A stretch of 45,630 bases of DNA, taken from the IMG/VR virus record IMGVR_UViG_3300034683_000458; one strand, written 5' to 3'. Of this stretch, positions 7,125-14,733 are shown piece by piece; position 1 is the first letter of the stretch; every line of letters starts with the position of its first letter. The stretch comes from a virus. The notes under the pieces are model-generated. The model was not told where the DNA came from, did not search any database, and saw nothing but the letters and a program-made list of their open reading frames with translations. Made by a program: the position numbers and the translations under genes.

Positions 7125-7950
7125 GTATTATGAAATTGAAGGTACAGCTACCGCACTCACGCCAATATTCCACGGCGGAGACGAAAAGACCGGCTCCACA
7201 CCGGTCCTGCGGACAATTATGGTTTATGTCGACAACATAGGTGAAGTGCCGATCCCATACATATCTGGAAACGGCATCAGAGGGAAGCTGCGCAGAATGA
7301 CGATGAAGGACTTTATAGACAGCGTCGATTACGAGATACAGAACGTCAAACTGCATCACGTCCTCTTTTCAGGCGGCATGCTCGAATCAACTGAGGAGAC
7401 CTACGGCAGTATAGACCTTGAGCTGCGTAAGAAGGTGCGTGAGCTCATGCCTCCAGTGGCACTGTTCGGCTGTGCCATAGGCAATCAGATGATACAGGGT
7501 ATTCTGACCGTCGAACACATGTGGCCAATATGCCTCGAATATAGCGCTTATTTGCCTGAGAAATACTGGTCAGACCGGAGGGCCAAGCGGCCAATACGCA
7601 CCTTCACTGACCAGAGCTTCATTACTAGAAGAGATGACCTGCGTGCCGAGAGGGCGGAAGACGAACAGGCTGTCCAAATGAAGGTGGACTACGAATGTTT
7701 TGTGCCGGGGACGAAGTTTTACCACCGCTTTATCCTGCAGATTCCGGACGAACTTCAAAAGAGCTGTTTCGGGAGAATAATGGATCTGTTCGCCATGATG
7801 CCCTATATAGGGGGGCGAGGCTCTGGAGGAGACGGAAAGGTTATGTTGTCGTATGACAATATCCCCAGCGCTGATCTATATATGGAGTTTCTTGCAGAAA
7901 AGAAGGACGAAATCAGACAGCTGTTGCAGGAACTGGAGGCGAGGCTGTAA
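7117..7950 (+). CDS. csf2: Type IV Csf2 (Cas7-family RAMP) backbone subunit. TTG start.
   Basis: ISGNGIRGKLRR matches the Cas7 signature. YIGGRGSGGDGKV is a glycine-rich RAMP loop. The TTG at 7117 is preceded by GAGGTGA. Confidence 0.75.
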   Translation: MRRYYEIEGTATALTPIFHGGDEKTGSTPVLRTIMVYVDNIGEVPIPYISGNGIRGKLRRMTMKDFIDSVDYEIQNVKLHHVLFSGGMLESTEETYGSIDLELRKKVRELMPPVALFGCAIGNQMIQGILTVEHMWPICLEYSAYLPEKYWSDRRAKRPIRTFTDQSFITRRDDLRAERAEDEQAVQMKVDYECFVPGTKFYHRFILQIPDELQKSCFGRIMDLFAMMPYIGGRGSGGDGKVMLSYDNIPSADLYMEFLAEKKDEIRQLLQELEARL

Positions 7951-8687
7951 TGCTTGATGAGAGGAAATACTTCCATGACCGCCTCGCAAGTGCACCGCCG
8001 ATTCGATGGGGGCGTTTTGCCCCCTTCCGGATCTCATTTAAGATGGGGTCACCGGTAGCAGTCACCATGCCATGGATCAACTTTGACGGCCTTATAGCAC
8101 ATCTCATGTTACTTGATGCTCTCGGCGATGACTTCTTTATCACGCCAAAAAAGCTCGATCTGACCGACAGCCTGCCCAAAAACAGAAGACTGCTGCCCAT
8201 CAAAAAAACCGGAGATATATATCATGCAAGCGTAAGTATGTTTATCCCCGACAGCTTGCGCGTCACGCATCTTTATAAAAGATTTGAGGACAGATGGACC
8301 AATAACCTGAAGACCAAAAAGGTGAGTATAGCATCCGGTAAATTCCGTTCTTACTTCATGGCCGAGCCATACATTCCATGTCGTGAGGTCGTATATTATG
8401 TCTTCGGAGATATGAATATCATTCAAGACCTCATAGAAAGCTATCTCTTTGGGTTGGGCAATGACTGCAGAGTAGGGTTCGGAATGGTGCGTGATGTGGT
8501 ATTCGAGGAGATGGACGAGGATATGTCTCTCGTTGCCAAGGGAATTGCGATGCGTCCCATACCTGTCGATATGTGCGAAGAATATGAAGATTCTGCGTAC
8601 ATTGCCTATAAAGCACCGTACTGGAATCCGAGAAACGTTGCGCTCTGCGTGCCTCCCGGAGTTAAATGCAAATTGAAAAGGTTGTGA
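7950..8687 (+). CDS. csf3: Type IV Csf3 (Cas5-family RAMP).
   Basis: LFGLGNDCRVGFGMVRDV is a glycine-rich loop, and this is the second RAMP in the locus. It overlaps csf2 through TAATG. Confidence 0.65.
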   Translation: MLDERKYFHDRLASAPPIRWGRFAPFRISFKMGSPVAVTMPWINFDGLIAHLMLLDALGDDFFITPKKLDLTDSLPKNRRLLPIKKTGDIYHASVSMFIPDSLRVTHLYKRFEDRWTNNLKTKKVSIASGKFRSYFMAEPYIPCREVVYYVFGDMNIIQDLIESYLFGLGNDCRVGFGMVRDVVFEEMDEDMSLVAKGIAMRPIPVDMCEEYEDSAYIAYKAPYWNPRNVALCVPPGVKCKLKRL

Positions 8688-9385
8688 TGGTAGTGGACTT
8701 GAAGAAAATACTTGCCATGTGGGCCGATACGGACGAATTCAAGGAGAAGCTGCAGGAGGCTGACGGCATCATCAAAAAGGCACTTGCATCGCACAAAAAA
8801 CCTTACGTCGCCTACAGCGGGGGGAAGGACTCGAGCTGCATGCTTTACCTCGTCCTCCGCCGTTGCCCTGACGTGACGGTACTACACTGGGATTATGGGC
8901 CGTATTATATCCCCGACTGGCTAAGAACCGAGTTTATAGAAAATGCAAGGAAAATCGGGGCCAAGAATTTACGTATCGAGACCAGCGACGATTATCTAAG
9001 GCTCAAACGGCACGCAGTTAATGTACTGGGTCGGGAATATATTGGAAAGCTTATTCCAAACCTTGCAAGAGAAGGATATGATCTTAGTTTTGTAGGTCTT
9101 AGGCGTGAGGAAAGCCTGAAGCGCAAAATAAGGATCGATACAAAAAAATTCATCACTGAAATTGAAGAATGTTGGCCTCTAGCTAACTGGTCATGGAAGG
9201 ACGTATGGGCGTGTATATTTGCTAATAATATCCCTTATGCAAGCACATATGATATATATGCCCCTGTGGTGGGCTGGGATAAGGTAAGACTTGTGACCTT
9301 CTTTGATCCCGAGTTTGACCATTTCGGAGCCGGCAACGTTGACGGCGTCCTCATGTGGAGATTTAAAAATATTCATCAGGGGTGA
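8666..9385 (+). CDS. CysH-like PAPS-reductase / PP-loop ATP pyrophosphatase family protein, the hallmark accessory of type IV-B.
   Basis: YVAYSGGKDSSCMLYLV is a PP-loop SGGKDS motif. The gene lies immediately downstream of csf3 and overlaps it. Confidence 0.75.
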   Translation: MQIEKVVMVVDLKKILAMWADTDEFKEKLQEADGIIKKALASHKKPYVAYSGGKDSSCMLYLVLRRCPDVTVLHWDYGPYYIPDWLRTEFIENARKIGAKNLRIETSDDYLRLKRHAVNVLGREYIGKLIPNLAREGYDLSFVGLRREESLKRKIRIDTKKFITEIEECWPLANWSWKDVWACIFANNIPYASTYDIYAPVVGWDKVRLVTFFDPEFDHFGAGNVDGVLMWRFKNIHQG

Positions 9386-10278
9386 ATGTCATGATACGTA
9401 TAGGGATGGAAGATGACGAGAAAAAGAGGATGATTGACAGCTATGTTGCAGAAAATGACATCAGGAAAGTATTTATATTCTATTATAAGGACTTTCTATT
9501 AGAATACGACAATGCAGACATAGAGGTAGAACATGTCGAATATGCCGACATAATTATGTATAAATTCTTCTACCGTCTGCTTGAAGAGATAGACAACAAT
9601 GTCCTGCTTGTGTTCAACGAATGCATGCGCACGCAGAACAGGAGCGATCTCACATACAACTGCGCTCATCATTACTGTAACCAGACAAAGCATAAGATCG
9701 TTTTCGAATATTTCCCGTTCATCGAAGATAACGCAGATTTCATGATTCTTCTCGATTTCCTCAATAAATATAAGTACAAAGGCAAATCATTCAGGTATGA
9801 GCTGCTTGCAGAAGAAGATATCCTCGCCGTGCCCAAATCTTTCACGATCAGAACTATCGACGTTAGCATCACTCAAAAAGATATTGCGAAATATGAAAAG
9901 CTCAAGGAAGATCTTTTTAACAATCTAGGTGAATCGGATCCAGATATAATTCCGAGAAGGCTGCATGTTTGGGCCGGCAATCTCAAAAAAAGCTGTATTA
10001 AACCTGACTTGCTCTATGTTGCGAGAAACAAGCGGTTCAAGCTGCCTAATGTAGTGACTTATAAAGAAGTAGAAGAAAGAGACTATATTATCATCGACAT
10101 GTCTCACAGAAGAATAGATTTTAATGATTTCCTAAAAAAGACAAAAATGAGAGATATTGTGTTTATTAATACAGGCCTGAAGGTTGACCTGTATTACGTA
10201 AATGATTTAAGGGAGTGGGCGGAAAGGTTAGGTGAGTTCTATGATAAAGCAGGTTTATATCGACAAAAATGTGCTTGA
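9382..10278 (+). CDS. Hypothetical protein with no recognisable domain, AT-rich.
   Basis: 298-aa ORF (alternative ATG at 9391 with RBS AGGGGTGA). It overlaps both flanking PP-loop genes. Confidence 0.6.
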   Translation: MNVMIRIGMEDDEKKRMIDSYVAENDIRKVFIFYYKDFLLEYDNADIEVEHVEYADIIMYKFFYRLLEEIDNNVLLVFNECMRTQNRSDLTYNCAHHYCNQTKHKIVFEYFPFIEDNADFMILLDFLNKYKYKGKSFRYELLAEEDILAVPKSFTIRTIDVSITQKDIAKYEKLKEDLFNNLGESDPDIIPRRLHVWAGNLKKSCIKPDLLYVARNKRFKLPNVVTYKEVEERDYIIIDMSHRRIDFNDFLKKTKMRDIVFINTGLKVDLYYVNDLREWAERLGEFYDKAGLYRQKCA

Positions 10279-11359
10279 GGCTACGAAAGAACGTATAGCG
10301 TTCGTTTTTGACGAATTCGAGAATATCATCGTATCCATCAGCGGAGGCAAGGACAGCACCGTGCTTGCCCATTTGGCCCTCACCGAAGCCCACAGGCGCA
10401 ACAGGCGGATAGGCATCTTTTTCCTGGACGAAGAGGTTGTCTACGAAAGTACCGTGAAACAGGTCGAGTACATCATGAACTTATATCCGGAGAATACCAT
10501 CCCGCTGTGGTTTCAGATTGAATTCAATCTCACCAACGCCAGCAGCCTGACGCAGACACAGCTGATTCCTTGGGAAGCCGGCAAGCATAAGATATGGATG
10601 AGGCCGAAGCAGAAAAACTCGATCCAGCATAAGCCTTGGCCCAAGGAGACCGAGACGGTCCGGGATAAAAACAAAGGTTTCGGATTCTATGATGCCCTTG
10701 AGAATTTTCAGAGATCAAGGCATGATACCGCCTTTTTGATTGGCCTGCGTGCTACAGAAAGCCCCAACCGTTGGCGTGCGGTATCGAAAAATCCGGGTTA
10801 CAAGAACATATACTGGAGCACAAAGCTCAAAAATAATAACTATAACATGTATCCGCTTTATGACTGGAATTTCCATGACATTTGGAAGTACATCTATGAC
10901 AACCAGCTTCGCTATTCGAAGATATATGACTATATGTTCAAGAAAGGAATGGGACTGCAGGAGATACGTGTATCCAGTCTGATCCACGAAAAATCATTCA
11001 AGTCTCTTGTGGAGCTGCCTGAATTTGAGCCTAGGACATATGACAGGCTGCTAAGGAGGGTAAGGGGCATCAGCGTTGGGCATATATACGGGAAGGACAG
11101 CAAGGCATTGCGGGCACGCAAGCTGCCGAAGAACTTTAAGACATGGATCGACTACAGGGATTTCCTGCTTGTGACGTATCCTGATCCAAGCAAGAAATGG
11201 ATATTCGAGAAGCGTTTCAGCAGGCAGCTCAACAATTCCTATGTGGCACGGCAGCAGTGCAGACAGCTGCTGTTGAACGACTACGAGAACAACCTGCCGA
11301 TAGACAATAAGCCAGATCCCAGAGAAGAAAAGATTGAGAAATGGAGGAGATTGTTATGA
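10232..11359 (+). CDS. Second PAPS-reductase-family PP-loop protein, IbrA/DndC-like, with a long C-terminal extension.
   Basis: IIVSISGGKDSTVLAHLAL is a PP-loop motif. At 375 aa it carries an extra C-terminal domain. A ParB-like gene follows, which is the IbrA-IbrB arrangement. Confidence 0.7.
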   Translation: MSSMIKQVYIDKNVLEATKERIAFVFDEFENIIVSISGGKDSTVLAHLALTEAHRRNRRIGIFFLDEEVVYESTVKQVEYIMNLYPENTIPLWFQIEFNLTNASSLTQTQLIPWEAGKHKIWMRPKQKNSIQHKPWPKETETVRDKNKGFGFYDALENFQRSRHDTAFLIGLRATESPNRWRAVSKNPGYKNIYWSTKLKNNNYNMYPLYDWNFHDIWKYIYDNQLRYSKIYDYMFKKGMGLQEIRVSSLIHEKSFKSLVELPEFEPRTYDRLLRRVRGISVGHIYGKDSKALRARKLPKNFKTWIDYRDFLLVTYPDPSKKWIFEKRFSRQLNNSYVARQQCRQLLLNDYENNLPIDNKPDPREEKIEKWRRLL

Positions 11360-11898
11360 GGACAATACAGACGCAAAAAGGTGAAATTAAACTTACATGT
11401 ATGGACGTCAGGATAGTCGACATCGACTCGGTGCAGGCAAATACATATAACCCCAATTCCGTCCCAAGAAACAATATGAGATTGCTGGAGGAATCAATCA
11501 TCTCGAATGGATTCTGCTACCCCGTCGTTACGGTTTATGATCCCGATATAGAAAAATACATTGTAGTGGATGGTTTTCACAGGTATATCATCTTTCGTGA
11601 CTGGCTGCAGGCCAAGGAGATCCCGATCATCGTCTTGGATCACGACATCTCGGAACGCATGGAGGCCACCGTGCAGTTTAACCGTGCCAGGGGGGTCCAC
11701 CAGGTTGAACTTATGGGTGATCTGGTCAAGGCTCTTGTCGAACAGGGAGTAGATGACCAGGAAATAGCCGTAAAACTGGGCATGGAGTTGGAGGAAGTAT
11801 ACAGGCTTAAGCAGATTACGGGCATTGCGGAACTGTTTAAAAATCAGGAATACTCAAGGGCATGGGAAATAATCGAGGTGGATGACGATGCCGTCTAG
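11356..11898 (+). CDS. ParB N-terminal-domain (sulfiredoxin-like) protein, IbrB-like.
   Basis: YIVVDGFHRYIIF matches the DGxHR ParB box. The ATG at 11356 overlaps the upstream stop (ATGA) after a GGAGGAG RBS; the ORF track starts at 11341. Confidence 0.7.
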   Translation: MRTIQTQKGEIKLTCMDVRIVDIDSVQANTYNPNSVPRNNMRLLEESIISNGFCYPVVTVYDPDIEKYIVVDGFHRYIIFRDWLQAKEIPIIVLDHDISERMEATVQFNRARGVHQVELMGDLVKALVEQGVDDQEIAVKLGMELEEVYRLKQITGIAELFKNQEYSRAWEIIEVDDDAV

Positions 11899-12631
11899 AA
11901 AATGGGATTACGGCGATGCATACCTGCGCCATCCTATAGGTGAAGATCAGGCAGCCGTTTTTGATAACGGCAGCATCGTGAAGGTGCATGATATATTCAA
12001 CCCTCTGCCGGATTTCATGAAACAGGCAGATGTCATATTCACGGATCCGCCTTGGAACCTCGGGAATCTGAACACTTTCTACATGAAGGCACAAAAACAG
12101 GAGAGGCATAATTCTTTCGAGGGATTTTACAGAAGGCTTTTCGAATGCATAGCAATCATAAACCCGAGAGCATGTTACGTGGAAATTGGGAAAATGTATT
12201 TAAGCGAATTTATACAAGAAATGAAAAAGCTATATCGTTACGTTACGTTTTATAACAGCAACTATTATCACAAAAAGGAAAATATATGCTATATAGTGCA
12301 TGGTAGCAATAAAAGAAAGAAACTGCCGTTAGACTATATGGATGAAGAGGACGCTATAGAGTGGGTATGTGAAAACGAAGAATATAACTGCATAGGTGAT
12401 CTATGTATGGGCAGGGGGTTAGTTGGGGTCAATGCCTATAAAAACGGCAGGAAATTTGTGGGCACCGAACTAAACCATAAAAGATTGGCTGTACTTTTGG
12501 AAAGAATTGTAAATATGGGTGGGACTTATAAGCTAATCAAATATTCGCCTTGTCATCCAGCCAATCTGCCCACCACTGCATCATCTCTCTCCTCTGATCC
12601 AGATATTCCGCATGGTTGTAGGCAGCTCTGA
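11882..12631 (+). CDS. DNA methyltransferase (N6-A or N4-C), beta-class motif order.
   Basis: VIFTDPPWNLG is motif IV (DPPW). It precedes GDLCMGRGLVGVNA...FVGTELN, a motif I-like segment. The last 30 or so codons are antisense to the integrase 3' end. Confidence 0.7.
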   Translation: MTMPSRKWDYGDAYLRHPIGEDQAAVFDNGSIVKVHDIFNPLPDFMKQADVIFTDPPWNLGNLNTFYMKAQKQERHNSFEGFYRRLFECIAIINPRACYVEIGKMYLSEFIQEMKKLYRYVTFYNSNYYHKKENICYIVHGSNKRKKLPLDYMDEEDAIEWVCENEEYNCIGDLCMGRGLVGVNAYKNGRKFVGTELNHKRLAVLLERIVNMGGTYKLIKYSPCHPANLPTTASSLSSDPDIPHGCRQL

Positions 12632-13757
12632 CCGCATTCTTTTCTACATGCGCCAGCTGGCGTTCTATGACGTCGGCTGGCCACCCATTCTCGTTCAAGA
12701 TCGTTGAGGCCATGGATCTGAAGCCGTGGCCGGTAAAATCTTCCTGCCCGTATCCTAACCTTCGCAGGGCAGCATTCACAGTTGTATCGCTCATAGGACG
12801 GCTGAATGAGCGTGCAGACGGGAAGATGAATCTGGAAAGAGACGTAAAGGGCCTTAAGCTGGTTAGCACGCTCACAGCCTGTTTTGAGAGTGGCACGATG
12901 TGCATTCTTTTCATCTTCATCTTTTCTGCTGGGATTCGCCATTCGGCTGCTTCAAAGCTGACCTCCTCCCATTCGGCCGTTCTGAGTTCCCCGGGGCGCA
13001 CAAACGTATATGCTAAGACAAGCAAAGCGTTTCTTACGATCTCAGATCCGTTCAGCCCCCTGATTGCTCGCATCAGTGCGCCTATTTCCTGCGGATCCGT
13101 TATTGTTGGGTATCCGGTAGTTTTAACTGGCACCAAGGCGCCGCGTAAATCAGCAGCAATATCTCGCTCGGCCATGCCTATGGCTATCCCATACCTGAAT
13201 ATCTGACTGCATATTTGGAGAACACGATGGGCAGTTTCGTATGTTCCTCTTGCCTCTATCATGCGTATGATGGCAAGGATGTCGGTAGGCGAGATCTCCG
13301 ACATGGGCTTTTGGCCTATATACGGCAATATCAATCTATTAAGCCTTGAGGTGACTGTTCGGATGTGGTTCCTGGTACGGATCGGGAAAACCTTTTTCTG
13401 AAGCCAGTCCTGGGCTATGGCCTCAAAGGTCTTATCGGTCAGCTTTGAGACCGGCTGCCCAGATCTCATCACGGAGGCCTTCATTTCATCCCTTATTCCC
13501 CTGGCCTCTTTCAGGCCTATGGCAGGATATTGGCCAATGGAATGCTTATATTCTTTGCCGTCTATCCAATACCTGAGCCTCCAGTATTTTTTGCCTGAAG
13601 GCATGATCTCAAGATAAAGCCCGTCACTGTCAGAGAGCATATATCTTTTTTCTTTGATCTTAGCCCTTTTGATAACGTTATCCGTAAGCATCCCCGAGTC
13701 TCCTTTGTGTACGGTGGCAACTCGGCGTGTGTACGGTTCTGTGTACGGTTTGATCAT
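12537..13757 (-). CDS. int: Tyrosine integrase, P4/CP4-57 type, with an N-terminal arm-binding (DUF4102-like) domain.
   Basis: LSDSDGLYLEIMPSGKKYWRLRYWIDGKEYKHSIGQYP forms the N-terminal domain. HGFRSMASTIL...ERQLAH...RAAYNH gives the catalytic H-x-x-R, H and Y. Confidence 0.9.
   Translation of the reverse strand: MIKPYTEPYTRRVATVHKGDSGMLTDNVIKRAKIKEKRYMLSDSDGLYLEIMPSGKKYWRLRYWIDGKEYKHSIGQYPAIGLKEARGIRDEMKASVMRSGQPVSKLTDKTFEAIAQDWLQKKVFPIRTRNHIRTVTSRLNRLILPYIGQKPMSEISPTDILAIIRMIEARGTYETAHRVLQICSQIFRYGIAIGMAERDIAADLRGALVPVKTTGYPTITDPQEIGALMRAIRGLNGSEIVRNALLVLAYTFVRPGELRTAEWEEVSFEAAEWRIPAEKMKMKRMHIVPLSKQAVSVLTSLRPFTSLSRFIFPSARSFSRPMSDTTVNAALRRLGYGQEDFTGHGFRSMASTILNENGWPADVIERQLAHVEKNAVRAAYNHAEYLDQRREMMQWWADWLDDKANI
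13728..13750 (+). repeat. Left arm-type repeat: two tandem copies of TGTGTACGGTT. It lies inside the integrase 5' codons, and a degenerate third copy is at 13706-13716.
   Basis: tgtgtacggttctgtgtacggtt, read directly. Confidence 0.8.
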
Positions 13758-13861
13758 GGTTTGTATAGTTTTTCATTGAACTGCGTTGAACAGCCAAGCT
13801 GCCAGAAATGCCGTTTGTATCATGCTATTTGAACTATATCATACTCGGATGGACTTCAATA

Positions 13862-13885
13862 TGGTGGAGGCGGGGGGAATCGAAC
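13862..13885 (-). other. attP core: the 3' end of a tRNA gene (T-loop, T-stem 3' strand, acceptor 3' strand, CCA).
   Basis: The minus strand reads GTTCGATTCCCCCCGCCTCCACCA. The sequence 5' of it has no tRNA features. The site is adjacent to the integrase. Confidence 0.7.
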
Positions 13886-13937
13886 TGAATATAACTTTTT
13901 CAGTTGTACACGAGGGATATCCACATATGTGAATATG

Positions 13938-13961
13938 TTGTGTACGGTTCTGTGTACGGTT
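13938..13961 (+). repeat. Right arm-type repeat, in the same orientation as 13728-13750.
   Basis: ttgtgtacggttctgtgtacggtt matches the left copy exactly over 22 bp, on the other side of the tRNA-like core. Confidence 0.8.
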
Positions 13962-13971
13962 GTGACTGCGC

Positions 13972-14367
13972 TTATTCTTCAAATATTATTTTGTTACGGT
14001 TATTTTCGATAAAATTAAACAACTCATCAGATACGCTATATAGGCCAGAGATATTAATAGCTCCTTCTTTTTCAACAGAGCGAAGGACGAGATCATGCAA
14101 TTTTTTTGCTAAAGTCCTATCAGTACACCTTATTTTTAAATATTGTATTTGCCCAATGATGTTTTTGGCTATGCATAGCTCGGCATGAAGGTCAGACACA
14201 TTTATAAACAAGTATAGGCCATTGTGGTATATAACGCTTGTTGTTTGAATCAAGCACGGATTTGGGGAAAGAAGATTATCGTCCAGTTCTGCGCCACACT
14301 TTTGGCATACTACCTTCCCGTCTTCACAATACATGCCACCGGCATGATGATACAAACGCAACGGCAT
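13972..14367 (-). CDS. Hypothetical att-adjacent moron protein with an N-terminal CxxxxxxCxxC zinc-ribbon-like motif.
   Basis: 131-aa ORF in an AT-rich island. CEDGKVVCQKCG motif. RBS AAGGGG. Confidence 0.55.
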   Translation of the reverse strand: MPLRLYHHAGGMYCEDGKVVCQKCGAELDDNLLSPNPCLIQTTSVIYHNGLYLFINVSDLHAELCIAKNIIGQIQYLKIRCTDRTLAKKLHDLVLRSVEKEGAINISGLYSVSDELFNFIENNRNKIIFEE

Positions 14368-14403
14368 GAGACCAACCCCTTTTTATTTTGTAGTAATAAA
14401 TTG

Positions 14404-14412
14404 ATTATAACA
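14404..14412 (-). promoter_or_regulatory. Extended -10 element (TGtTATAAT) upstream of 13972..14367.
   Basis: The minus strand reads TGTTATAAT about 37 nt upstream of the ATG. No good -35 is present. Confidence 0.4.
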
Positions 14413-14550
14413 GATAGCTGCCGGTGGCAGATCGTTTTTATCCAGGGATGCAAAAAATATATGCCTCTAGGATGCCCCAGAACACCCCTAACTTGTAGCG
14501 GTTGGTACGATTATACCTCTAAAAAGGCCCAAACTGAGCTGTAACTAATC

Positions 14551-14718
14551 TCACCCGCAATCTCCTTCATCAAATAATCTGGGCTGGCATACATCGACAA
14601 TGAGAATCGCTATGCCTTTGGATATAAGATTTTCAGCAGTCATGTCATCAAGCTCAACAGTTTCGCCAGCCCTTTTATATTCCCCTAAAACGATATTCCT
14701 TAACAATTTAACTTTCAT
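14551..14718 (-). CDS. Small hypothetical protein, 55 aa. It is absent from the ORF track.
   Basis: Manual translation gives MKVKLLRNIVLGEYKRAGETVELDDMTAENLISKGIAILIVDVCQPRLFDEGDCG*. An AGGA-type RBS is present. Confidence 0.45.
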   Translation of the reverse strand: MKVKLLRNIVLGEYKRAGETVELDDMTAENLISKGIAILIVDVCQPRLFDEGDCG

Positions 14719-14733
14719 TGCAATCATCCTTTA

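Noticed and set aside
13800-13890. A complete tRNA gene next to the integrase.
   Set aside because: Only the last 24 nt (T-loop to CCA) are tRNA-like. The upstream sequence cannot form D or anticodon arms. It is therefore annotated as the attP core, not as a tRNA.
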